Origin: Clostridiales bacterium
GTDB taxonomy: Bacteria > Bacillota > Clostridia > Christensenellales > UBA1242
Length of the DNA: 64,000 nucleotides
NCBI GenBank assembly: GCA_015069395.1
Contig: SVIR01000006.1
Location: 112 to 64,111, forward strand
Direction of reading: 5' to 3'
Shown here: in pieces, positions 1-8,622 of the stretch
Layout of the letters: each line of letters begins with the position of its first letter
How positions within the stretch are numbered: position 1 is the stretch's first letter
Notes under the pieces: model-generated
What the model was told of the DNA's origin: nothing
Databases searched by the model: none
The model's input: only the letters and a program-made list of their open reading frames with translations
Made by a program: the position numbers and the translations under genes

Positions 1-773
1 AGAAAACCCAAAAGAGTTATCAAAAATGTGATATGTAAACCAGAAACCGTAAGCAAATGTACTACACCGGCAGATTTATAAGACGCATATAAGTCAGAGT
101 CGATACCACTTTTATCTCCAAACAACACAGCAAATGCAGTTTCTCCCTGACTTCCCATTATTTGCGTTAATGATTCTCGCACTTTCATTCTAACATTTTC
201 GTCGAAGGTCAATCTGTTGTCTATAATTTCTATGTTCTCTGCACTGATCTTGCAAGAATATGGGGTCTTGTCTCGATAAGCAGAACTGTCAAATGAGCCA
301 AGATTGAAAAGTTTTACTGGGGAAACTTCAGCATTAAAAGAAATTACGTCACCTATCTTAACATCGTCTTCACTATCAACAAAAATTGTCAAGGCAATAT
401 TTTTGTCTTTCTGGCCATTTATTTCTACATTTTTTAAAACAACTCTCACGTAGCCATTTTGACATTCAAAATTATCACTCAAGCGACCTGTAATTTGACA
501 AGACTCTTCATAAGAGTTTCCTTGAAAAGAATTTAATCCTACATAAAACCAGCCCAATCCAAAAATAAAAGATATCAAAACAATAAAAAGAGCTACAATC
601 TTTTTCGACCATAGACAATAAGCAGAAAACAAACCTATGACGAGGCAAGCTAAAACAATGTATTCAATTTTGCCAACAAAAAGATATCTTGATATTGCAA
701 TCGCAAACATCAAGGACAGAAAGCCATAAAACAATGGTCTTGTATGAAAAACTTTTTTTCTTTTTGCCTCCAA
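1..773 (-). CDS. comEC: ComEC/Rec2 competence channel protein, N-terminal part (3' end lies beyond window start)
   Basis: Absent from the ORF track because it is truncated. My minus-strand translation gives N-terminal TM helices, then ...ITGRLSDNFECQNGYVRVVLKNVEINGQKDKNIALTIFV... (OB-like DUF4131 part), then ...YKSAGVVHLLTVSGLHITFLITLLGF, which matches the ComEC competence-domain signature (AG..HLL..SGLHI). Probable TTG start at 771-773, right after the stop of the upstream ORF at 785. Confidence 0.8.
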   Translation of the reverse strand, partial: MEAKRKKVFHTRPLFYGFLSLMFAIAISRYLFVGKIEYIVLACLVIGLFSAYCLWSKKIVALFIVLISFIFGLGWFYVGLNSFQGNSYEESCQITGRLSDNFECQNGYVRVVLKNVEINGQKDKNIALTIFVDSEDDVKIGDVISFNAEVSPVKLFNLGSFDSSAYRDKTPYSCKISAENIEIIDNRLTFDENVRMKVRESLTQIMGSQGETAFAVLFGDKSGIDSDLYASYKSAGVVHLLTVSGLHITFLITLLGF

Positions 774-784
774 GAGTTATGCTC

Positions 785-1438
785 CTAGTTGTTTTTCTCT
801 TTGTCCGAAGAGACTTTTACAAAGTCTCCCACTCTTACAGAATCATAATCGTGTACGCTTTGAACAAGGACTCCATTTGAAGTATAAGCCCCTGCTAAAT
901 GGCCTACAGAAAAAACCTTAATCTTTTTTCTTGCACACAACTGGTCGTTTATTTTTTGAGTTAGATATTTATTTTTAATTCCATCTAAAAAGAAGCTAAG
1001 TTCTGCCTGTGGAAAATTACGCAACGCCATATCAACATCAAAATCGAATGGTGCGCATTTCAACTGTCTTTGAACTTCTTCCCAGTTTCTCGATTTTATT
1101 GCAGTCAAAATATCTTCATAGCAACCACGAGGATAAACTCCTCTAAGACTTTCTTGTCCTGCCTTCTGATAAATCTTTGAAATAATCAATGAATTAAAAG
1201 ATCCACAAACAACAAATTTTCTTTTTAATTCGTCCGAACATTTCTCCAAGACAGCTTCTAAATCGGCCTCAAAATCTTGATCAAGGCTTACAACTATGCT
1301 TTTTTCCTGCTTTTCAAGAGTTTCTTTTGCAGACGGCAAAAAACCTCTTGGACAATTTTCTAATAATGTGTTTCGATTTATATTTCCAACTTCTAGATAC
1401 TTATTTTCAAAACCTTCGTCTATAATCATTTCTTCCAT
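785..1438 (-). CDS. hypothetical protein (217 aa), co-oriented and nearly abutting comEC
   Basis: Long ORF with no overlapping alternative. No motif I recognise. It sits where comEB is found in many Firmicutes but has no deaminase HAE/PCxxC motifs. Confidence 0.6.
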   Translation of the reverse strand: MEEMIIDEGFENKYLEVGNINRNTLLENCPRGFLPSAKETLEKQEKSIVVSLDQDFEADLEAVLEKCSDELKRKFVVCGSFNSLIISKIYQKAGQESLRGVYPRGCYEDILTAIKSRNWEEVQRQLKCAPFDFDVDMALRNFPQAELSFFLDGIKNKYLTQKINDQLCARKKIKVFSVGHLAGAYTSNGVLVQSVHDYDSVRVGDFVKVSSDKEKNN

Positions 1439-1444
1439 ATTGTG

Positions 1445-1453
1445 ATTATAGCA
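1445..1453 (-). promoter_or_regulatory. extended -10 promoter element (TGCTATAAT) 6 nt upstream of the ATG at 1438
   Basis: The reverse complement of 1439..1453 reads TGCTATAAT-CACAAT and is followed directly by ATG. There is no Shine-Dalgarno sequence in between. Confidence 0.45.
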
Positions 1454-1508
1454 TACAATTTTAAAAAATTAAACATATTTTAAAATAAAAACAAGCCTTT
1501 CGGCTTAT

Positions 1509-2243
1509 CTATTCGCTTATTATTTCTTCCAATAATTTTTCAATCAAATCTAAAACTCTCAATGACTTTGCTGTCATGTCTGGATTTTGAGCGTTATTGT
1601 CAGCTCTTCCAACATAAACAAGATATTGCATTAACTTTTTTCCCATTCCAACTGAATTTAATAAAGAGATTTCTTCATTTATTAACTCTTTAGACAAAAC
1701 TTTGTGGTATGGATTTCCATCGTATTTTTCAGTAATAAACATAAAAATATCGTGCTCGTGGACAAGCATTTCTATCATTTTGGTCTCTTCTTCAACAAAT
1801 CCGAAAGTTTTGAGCGAACGTTTAGCTATTTCTACACTTTTTTTATTGTGACCAAAAAAACTGTCAACTTCTCTGCCATAAGCCTTCGCATATCTTCTTA
1901 AATGACAAGCCGGCTTTCCAATATCATGAAAAAACATAACATAGGCAAGCATTCTGCGATCTTTCAATGGCAAACTCTTGGTCTGTTTATTAATTTCTTC
2001 TACCGAATGCAAAATGTGGTCCAAACAATTATATATATGCCAAGGCGTATCTTGTTTTTGTTTTTTGCAATCTTCGACCTCAGGCAAAATGTTTAAAAGC
2101 CATTGTTTAAAACTTTCGTCTAAATATGCTTTTTTAAATTTTTCAACAACATTTTCTGATAAAAGAATTTCGTCTAACACTTTTTGATTATCCACAACAT
2201 ATCTCCTTAATTTTAGTTTATCACAATAAGACTTTAATTTCAA
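1509..2243 (-). CDS. HD-domain phosphohydrolase (CCA-adding-enzyme C-terminal-like)
   Basis: Motifs LDHILHS...FFHDIGKP...GH...HEHD. The real start may be the GTG at 2195, preceded by AAGGAGA. Confidence 0.75.
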   Translation of the reverse strand: MKLKSYCDKLKLRRYVVDNQKVLDEILLSENVVEKFKKAYLDESFKQWLLNILPEVEDCKKQKQDTPWHIYNCLDHILHSVEEINKQTKSLPLKDRRMLAYVMFFHDIGKPACHLRRYAKAYGREVDSFFGHNKKSVEIAKRSLKTFGFVEEETKMIEMLVHEHDIFMFITEKYDGNPYHKVLSKELINEEISLLNSVGMGKKLMQYLVYVGRADNNAQNPDMTAKSLRVLDLIEKLLEEIISE

Positions 2244-2282
2244 ACATAAATAAAAAAAAGCTTCTTGTCGAAGCCTTTTTAA

Positions 2283-2799
2283 TTATAAACTTTTTGGTTT
2301 TTCACTTTCAATCTTTTTTGAATGAGTCAAAGAATTTGCCAATTCGTCAATCTTACTATCCCAGCCTTCTTGATAAATAGCACTTTGAGCATACATCTTA
2401 CACTTCTCTCTAAATCCATCTATATCAGAAGCCTCTTTTTGTCGCGCCTCGGCAGTCAAATTGTTTACACAATGAGCCAACAAACGTGGTGTAAACGGAT
2501 AAAAACTTTCAGAAACTTCAAATTCTTGTCCAGAAGATCCTCCCATTCTATCTCCAACAGTTTTAAAAAATGGCATTTCGTCTTCTATCATACCAAAAAA
2601 TCCAAAGAAATCATATTGTGTAGATTGATGTTCTGCTATATATATTCTTTCTTCTTGTAAAATACGATATATATCCCCCCTTTTCTTCTTTTTCTTGATT
2701 TAAGGCATTATCTAAACTTATAATTTCTGCATATTCTTCTGCTGACGCCAAATCTTTCTTCTTTTTTCTAGTTTTTCTTAACCAATCAAAAATTTTCAT
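2283..2799 (-). pseudogene. hypothetical protein split into two ORFs (2611..2799 and 2283..2591) by a 1-nt frameshift at a G6 run
   Basis: The frame of ORF 2283..2591 stays open upstream to the G6 run (C6 on plus strand, about 2674-2679), where ORF 2611..2799 leaves it. Removing one G gives one continuous product: MKIFDWLRK...QEKEEKGDIYRILQEERIYIAEHQSTQYDFFGFFGMIEDEMPFF... Confidence 0.45.
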
Positions 2800-2817
2800 A
2801 TTTCCCCTTCCCCATAC

Positions 2818-3591
2818 CTATTTATTAGTAGCTGTATTAGCTGTTGTAGCGTTTTGTTGTTTCTTTGGAATTTTTAAGAATGAGTGCTGTGTAATCTTTG
2901 CAAAAGAAGGTTCTTTTCCATCTACCCAAACATTAATATCTGGGTACATATAACCATATTTAAGTTCGATTTTTAAAATTCTTTCTTTAATTCTAAACGA
3001 ACGTTTTTCAATAGAACTACGACTTGCAAGTTTGAGTTCTTTGAATACCTTTCCATCAACAACCAAAACGGCTCTCGTTTCTGTTGCGTAAATATCAACT
3101 TTGTGTCCCTCAACTTGGAAACTAATTCTGATTTTCTTAAATAACAATGCGAAAAGTCCAAAAGTTCCAAAACCAAAAACGTACCAAACCCAAGCATACA
3201 AAGTGTTATATTCATATTCAAAGTTGTAAACAGAGAAAGAATATAATGCGTCGTTGTTTAAATTCACTATATAATTTAAATCTTGAGAAAACGCTTGAGT
3301 ATCCCCAGCCTTAAGTTCAATTTCTACTTCAACGTTTTCTGAATAAATCTCATCGCCATATATATCAAAAAGCGAAACGTCAAATATTAATTTGTTGATC
3401 TTACAAACCGTAGGGTTTTTAACCTCTCCCCAAATTTCAAGCCTGCCAGAATCGTCATTGTATAAAACGTTGAATCTTTCGTCTATCAAAATTGGATCTT
3501 TGTATGGAATAAACACACAAACAGTAGGCAACGCCACAACGAAAATTACAAATGCAAAAATCAAAATTGCCAATAGTTTTTTATTTTTCAT
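2818..3591 (-). CDS. membrane protein, function unknown
   Basis: The ATG at 3591 (MKNKKLLAILIFAFVIFVVAL...) is preceded by GGTGAGGA. It has an N-terminal TM helix, an extracytoplasmic beta-rich segment and two further TM helices. Confidence 0.7.
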   Translation of the reverse strand: MKNKKLLAILIFAFVIFVVALPTVCVFIPYKDPILIDERFNVLYNDDSGRLEIWGEVKNPTVCKINKLIFDVSLFDIYGDEIYSENVEVEIELKAGDTQAFSQDLNYIVNLNNDALYSFSVYNFEYEYNTLYAWVWYVFGFGTFGLFALLFKKIRISFQVEGHKVDIYATETRAVLVVDGKVFKELKLASRSSIEKRSFRIKERILKIELKYGYMYPDINVWVDGKEPSFAKITQHSFLKIPKKQQNATTANTATNK

Positions 3592-3917
3592 ATGTTCCTC
3601 ACCTTTATAAACATTATACAACAATGTTCTCAAAAGTCAAGCCCCATCTTTTGTCATAGGGGGTTAATCGTCAAGGGTTTATTTAAAAATTTGATTACAA
3701 CAAAAAACAGCCCTATTGACTTTTCAAAAGGTCTGTTTTAACAAATTATTCTTGATAAGGCAAACGTCTTCTAGGTTTCTATATTTTAAGTAAACCCAAT
3801 TACAACTAGTTTTCTATTGTTTTCTCTGCATAATCAGCACTAAATTCAATTTCACGTCTACTAAGCTTATCAACCAAAAGTCAAGGAACCCTTGCTTATA
3901 CAATTTTTCGCAAATTT

Positions 3918-4247
3918 TTACTTTTCCCTCTTCATTAAAGAACCAATTTCAACAATGGAAACATATTCTCTAAGAACCCCTTTTGTAATTTTTTTCAAAC
4001 TAGAATCTTCTTTCTTAACTTGAGTTTTCAATCTAAAGGATTCGGCCTCAACGACAAAACCTATCATATCTTTTCCTTTAAGAGTTTTTACAATTTCAGG
4101 ATAAACCGTCGCAACTATTGCTGTTAATTTTCCTTGATCAATCTTGTCACTTTCAAGATTGATCACAAATACATCTATATCACTAAACTCGTGCGTCTGA
4201 GGATCTTCTCTTTTTCCTGATTTTATTTCTGTTTTGTAGCCTATCAT
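3918..4247 (-). CDS. hypothetical protein (109 aa)
   Basis: ORF preceded by GAGAGG. No recognisable motif. Confidence 0.5.
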   Translation of the reverse strand: MIGYKTEIKSGKREDPQTHEFSDIDVFVINLESDKIDQGKLTAIVATVYPEIVKTLKGKDMIGFVVEAESFRLKTQVKKEDSSLKKITKGVLREYVSIVEIGSLMKREK

Positions 4248-4338
4248 TTTTTACCTCTCAAACAAATAATATCACCGATTTGCTTTTTTGTCAAGATTGC
4301 CAAGTTCATAAAAAAACTTAGCCTTAATTTGACTAAGT

Positions 4339-5024
4339 TTAATATCCTCTAAGAATTACATTGTCTATAGTAGTTTCTAAAATTTGTTTATACTCAAGCG
4401 CAAGCCCTTTCGAAACCTCTTGAAGTCCCGTCTTAATACACGTGTCTCCATCAACAAACTTCTGCAAATAAAGCAAGTTTTGTCCCTTCAAATCTTGTGC
4501 CAACTTTTCTATATTTTGCCTTTCGTGATAACCTTTTACCAAGGTTGTACGAAGTTCATACAAGATCCCTGAGTTTGTTAAGATATTAAGACTTCTTTTT
4601 ATTTTATCGGCAACAAAGTTTTTCGTGCCTGTTATTTCGCTATAATCTTCAAAGTTGTTTTTTATATCCATAGCTACATAGTCAAGAAGATTTTCTTCTA
4701 TCAATTTTTGAAGAACCTCTGGGTTTGTTCCGTTTGTATCAAGTTTTACAAGATATCTTAAACCCTTTATTTTTTTTATAAATTCTATTAAGTCTGGTTG
4801 CAAAGTAGGTTCTCCTCCACTAATAGTAACTGCATCAAGCAACGATTTTCTTTCCTTTAAATATTCCAAAATTTCATTTTCTTGATAAGCTTGATAACTA
4901 CAATTTACAATACCTGCATTGTGACAAAATGGGCAACAAAGATTACACCCTCCCGTGAAAATGGTTGCGCATATCTTACCTTCAAAATCTACAAATGATA
5001 CTTTTTCTATTCCTAGTATTTTCA
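4339..5024 (-). CDS. nrdG: anaerobic ribonucleoside-triphosphate reductase activating protein (radical SAM)
   Basis: CX3CX2C cluster in GGCNLCCPFCHN, plus a GGEPT SAM motif. I place the start at the TTG at 5022-5024, preceded by GGAGA, 3 nt after the trxB-like stop. The longer tracked ORF (to 5166) would overlap trxB by about 140 nt. Confidence 0.85.
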
Positions 5025-5027
5025 AAA

Positions 5028-5939
5028 TTAATCTCCAAGCGAGTTGATATATTTGCAAGCGTTTGTTCCGGCAACAGCCCCGTCGCCGATTGCTGTAGCA
5101 ACTTGACGAATTTCTTTCGTTCGGCAATCTCCAGCAACAAACAAGCCTGCTGTTTTTGTCAGACATCTTTCGTCTGAAACGATGTATCCATTTTTATCCA
5201 AATCTACAAGATTTGAATAGATTTGATTGTCCGGAATTTGACCAATTGCAACAAAAACAGCCGAGGTCTTATGCTCGAAAGCTGTTCCGTCTTTTTTCTT
5301 AAAAACAATGCTTTCAAGTTTATCGGTTCCCTTTAATTCTATGGCACAAACTTCATGAACAATTTCAATGTTTGTAGTGTTTCTAACTTTGTCCTGCAAA
5401 GCTTGTTCCCCGAAAAACTTGTCAAATAAAGTAAACATTTTTACCTTTTTGCAATAAGAAGAAAGCATCAAAGCATATTGAAGAGCACTATTCGCATCGC
5501 CTATCAAAGTCACCTCTTCTCCTGCAAAAAACGGGCCATCGCATATAGCACAATAATAAATCCCATGGCCAACAAAATTTTCTTCATTTGCAAGATTTAA
5601 CATTCTTGGTTTTGCGCCAGTTGCTACAACAACACTTTTTGCTTGATAAGCATTATAATTGGTTTTAATTGAAAAAATATTGTTTTCTTTTGTAATGCCA
5701 ACCACATCTTCAAGTTCAAATTCTGCCCCCAAAGCAATAATTTGCTCAAAAAGTTGGTCAGAAAGCTCCGAACCAGAAATCTCTTTAACTGTAGGATAGT
5801 TTTCAACTTTTGGAGATTTCGCTATTTGCCCTCCAACACTTTCTTTTTCAAGAACAAGAACTTTCTTTCCGTTTCTTAAAGCATACAGGCAGGCAGTCAT
5901 TCCTGCCATGCCTGCGCCTATTACTACAACGTCTAGCAT
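5028..5939 (-). CDS. trxB: thioredoxin-reductase-like flavoprotein with non-canonical pyridine-nucleotide site
   Basis: FAD motif VIGAGMAG. Redox-active CAICDG. C-terminal GD motif FVAGDCR. The usual GGGxSA is GDANSA here, and the usual HRRDxFRA is TLFDKFFGE. The start overlaps the nrdD stop (ATGCTAG). Confidence 0.8.
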   Translation of the reverse strand: MLDVVVIGAGMAGMTACLYALRNGKKVLVLEKESVGGQIAKSPKVENYPTVKEISGSELSDQLFEQIIALGAEFELEDVVGITKENNIFSIKTNYNAYQAKSVVVATGAKPRMLNLANEENFVGHGIYYCAICDGPFFAGEEVTLIGDANSALQYALMLSSYCKKVKMFTLFDKFFGEQALQDKVRNTTNIEIVHEVCAIELKGTDKLESIVFKKKDGTAFEHKTSAVFVAIGQIPDNQIYSNLVDLDKNGYIVSDERCLTKTAGLFVAGDCRTKEIRQVATAIGDGAVAGTNACKYINSLGD

Positions 5940-8317
5940 ATTTTTCCTTCTTTTGCCATTTCTTCAACAAATTTTTTGATGTCAGAAACATTCTCAAGTT
6001 TCAATTGTTTTCCGTCTATATTTATCAATAATGTTGGAGCTTTGATTACTCCATATTTTTTTGCCAACTCAATTTCAGCTGTTGCATCAACAACTTCAAA
6101 AGGTATATTTGCCTTATCCAGCAACATTTTTGCCATTTTACAATTAGGGCAAGTTGGGGTTGTAAAGAGCATAGTTTTTTCACCAGCACAACAACAATCG
6201 GTTTCGTCTTTTTTACAACTATTTAAATGTCCATTTAAAAACTTTGAGTTTTCGAGAACATATTCTTTTCTTTCTTTAAATTCTTGAGCCTTTCCATCAT
6301 TCCAGTTTTGTACAGGACGATAATATCCAGTGATACGGCTATAGACCTCTGTAGTATTTCCACATTCTGGACAAGTATAGTGTTCTCCAGTTATATATCC
6401 GTGGGCAGTACAGATAGAATATGTAGGGCTTATAGTGTAATATGGAAGTCTATAATTTTCAGCAATCTTTCTTACAAGATTTGCCGTAACTTTCCAATTT
6501 TCAAGTTTCTGTCCCAAGAATGCGTGGAACACAGTACCTGAGGTATAAAGCGTTTGAAGTTCGTCTTGAACATCAAGAGCTTTGAAGAGATCTTCTGTAT
6601 AACCAACTGGAAGGTGGCTTGAATTTGTATAGTATGGTGTTTTGTCGTCACTTGAAGCAGTGATAATATCACTCCAACGTTGTCTGTCGTGCTTTGCAAG
6701 ACGGTATGATGTTGATTCTGCAGGAGTAGCTTCAAGATTGTAAAGATCTCCGTAAAGTTCTTGATAATCCGAAAGTTTTTCACGCATAAAGTTTAATACT
6801 TTCTTAGTAAAGTCTTGCGCTTCTTTTGTTGTCAAGTCTTTTCTCAACCAACAAGCATTCAAACAAGCCTCATTCATTCCTACCAAGCCAATTGTTGAGA
6901 AGTGGTTGTTGAAGCTTCCAAGATAACGCTTTGTATATGGATAAAGGCCTGCTTCAAGAAGCTTTGTAATCGTTTCTCTCTTAACTTTTAAACTTCTCGC
7001 AGAAATGTCCATCATATGAGTAAGTCTATCAAAAAATTCTTCTTCTGTTTTAGACAAATAAGCAATACGTGGCATATTGATGGTTACTACACCGATACTT
7101 CCTGTGCTTTCTCCTGCACCAAAATATCCTCCCGATTTTTTTCTAAGTTCTCTAAGATCCAATCTTAGTCTACAACACATACTTCTTACATCATTTGGCT
7201 CCATATCAGAATTGATGTAGTTTGAGAAATAAGGCGTTCCATATTTTGTCGTCATTTCAAAAAGAAGTTTATTATTTTCAGTTTCTGACCAATCAAAATT
7301 TTTAGTAATTGAATAAGTTGGGATTGGATATTGGAAACCTCTACCATTTGCATCACCTTCAATCATAATTTCAATGAAAGCTTTGTTGATCATAGCTTGT
7401 TCTTTTACGCAATCTTTATATTTAAAGTCTTGTTCTTTTCCACCAACAATACAATTGAGTTCTGCGAGGTCGGCAGGTATTACCCAGTCAAGTGTGATGT
7501 TTGTAAATGGAGCTTGAGTACCCCAACGTGAAGGAGTGTTTACTCCATAAACAAATGATTGAATACATTGTTTAACTTCTTTATAAGTCAAATTGTCTTT
7601 CTTTACAAATGGAGCAAGATAAGTATCAAAAGAAGAGAAAGCTTGTGCTCCAGCCCATTCGTTTTGCATAATGCCCAAAAAGTTTACCATTTGGTTGCAA
7701 AGAGTGCTCAAGTGACTAGCAGGAGAACTTGTGATTTTTCCCGGAATTCCACCAAGCCCCTCTTGAATCAATTGTTTAAGCGACCAGCCTGCACAATAAC
7801 CAGTAAGCATACTAAGGTCGTGAATATGTATATCTGCGTTTTTGTGGGCTTGTCCAATTTCTTTGTCATAAACATCATTAAGCCAATAGTTGGCAGAAAT
7901 CGCTCCTGAGTTTGAAAGAATAAGTCCTCCAACTGAATATGTAACTGTTGAATTTTCTTTAACCCTCCAGTCAGCCAATTTCAAATATTTGTCAACCGTA
8001 TCTTTATAGTCAAGAAGTGTTTCTTTTACATTTCTAATCTTTTCGTGATCTCTACGATAAAGAATATAGGCTTTAGCCACGTCCTCATAGCCATTTTTCA
8101 TAAGGACACTTTCAACTATATCTTGAATGTCCTCAACACTAGGAATCTTGTCTTCAAATTTCTCGATAAGATAAAGTTCTGTGATTTTTGCCATCTTTTT
8201 ACAGTCTTTTATCTCTCCATAACCAAGACTAAGCATAGCTTTTGCTATCGCATTTTCAATCTTAGAGATGTCATAATCAACTACCCTTCCGTCTCTTTTT
8301 CTAATACTTTTTATCAT
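5933..8317 (-). CDS. nrdD: anaerobic (class III) ribonucleoside-triphosphate reductase with N-terminal ATP-cone and C-terminal CxxC redoxin domain
   Basis: ATP-cone: MIKSIRKRDGRVVDYDISKIENAI. Zn-ribbon: CPECG. Glycyl-radical motif: SRITGYYRPV. C-terminal extension: TPTCPNC... The ATG at 8317 is preceded by GAGGAGGA, so the upstream 21 codons of the tracked ORF are unlikely to be translated. Confidence 0.95.
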   Translation of the reverse strand: MIKSIRKRDGRVVDYDISKIENAIAKAMLSLGYGEIKDCKKMAKITELYLIEKFEDKIPSVEDIQDIVESVLMKNGYEDVAKAYILYRRDHEKIRNVKETLLDYKDTVDKYLKLADWRVKENSTVTYSVGGLILSNSGAISANYWLNDVYDKEIGQAHKNADIHIHDLSMLTGYCAGWSLKQLIQEGLGGIPGKITSSPASHLSTLCNQMVNFLGIMQNEWAGAQAFSSFDTYLAPFVKKDNLTYKEVKQCIQSFVYGVNTPSRWGTQAPFTNITLDWVIPADLAELNCIVGGKEQDFKYKDCVKEQAMINKAFIEIMIEGDANGRGFQYPIPTYSITKNFDWSETENNKLLFEMTTKYGTPYFSNYINSDMEPNDVRSMCCRLRLDLRELRKKSGGYFGAGESTGSIGVVTINMPRIAYLSKTEEEFFDRLTHMMDISARSLKVKRETITKLLEAGLYPYTKRYLGSFNNHFSTIGLVGMNEACLNACWLRKDLTTKEAQDFTKKVLNFMREKLSDYQELYGDLYNLEATPAESTSYRLAKHDRQRWSDIITASSDDKTPYYTNSSHLPVGYTEDLFKALDVQDELQTLYTSGTVFHAFLGQKLENWKVTANLVRKIAENYRLPYYTISPTYSICTAHGYITGEHYTCPECGNTTEVYSRITGYYRPVQNWNDGKAQEFKERKEYVLENSKFLNGHLNSCKKDETDCCCAGEKTMLFTTPTCPNCKMAKMLLDKANIPFEVVDATAEIELAKKYGVIKAPTLLINIDGKQLKLENVSDIKKFVEEMAKEGKIC

Positions 8318-8348
8318 ATTTTCCTCCTCTTTTCCGAAATGAATAAAC

Positions 8349-8396
8349 ATACAAGATATAGTATTTTTATCGATTTGCACTTTCCATATCTTGTGT
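8349..8396 (-). promoter_or_regulatory. two NrdR-box-like 16-mers (8349..8364 and 8381..8396), 32 bp centre to centre
   Basis: On the minus strand the two sites read ACACAAGATATGGAAA and ATACTATATCTTGTAT. I recall the NrdR box consensus as acaCwAtATaTwGtgt, which gives about 11/16 and 13/16 matches. They lie between a TTGACA/TATTAT promoter (8433..8438 and 8409..8414) and the nrdD start. The 32-bp spacing is about three helical turns, as is typical for tandem NrdR boxes. Confidence 0.5.
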
Positions 8397-8622
8397 TTTC
8401 ACGTTTTCATAATAAATCAACCAAGCCAAAATTGTCAAACAAAAATTCAAAAAGTTTTCAACAATTTTTGACAAAAATCTACCTTAGTTATTTTTATATA
8501 ATCTAACCCCTTTTGGGTAGCAAAGTATCATTATTGAACCAAAGTAAAAAATTTTTATAATAAAAAAGAAAATTGCATCAACTTTTGAAACAATTTTCAT
8601 TTTTATAAAGCTTTTTATTCGC

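Noticed and set aside
5025-5166. N-terminal extension of the nrdG ORF (tracked as 4339..5166) overlapping trxB by about 140 nt
   Set aside because: The extension (MSDKNSRLVCCWRLPNERNSS...) is Arg/Cys-rich out-of-frame read-through of trxB. A TTG with a GGAGA SD at 5024 gives a normal-length NrdG starting just before the radical-SAM motif.
8397-8622. Possible riboswitch or leader RNA upstream of nrdD
   Set aside because: The region is explained by the M14 peptidase terminator (GAAAATTG...CAATTTTC followed by a T-run), a TTGACA/TATTAT promoter and the NrdR-box-like sites. No conserved riboswitch core is recognisable.
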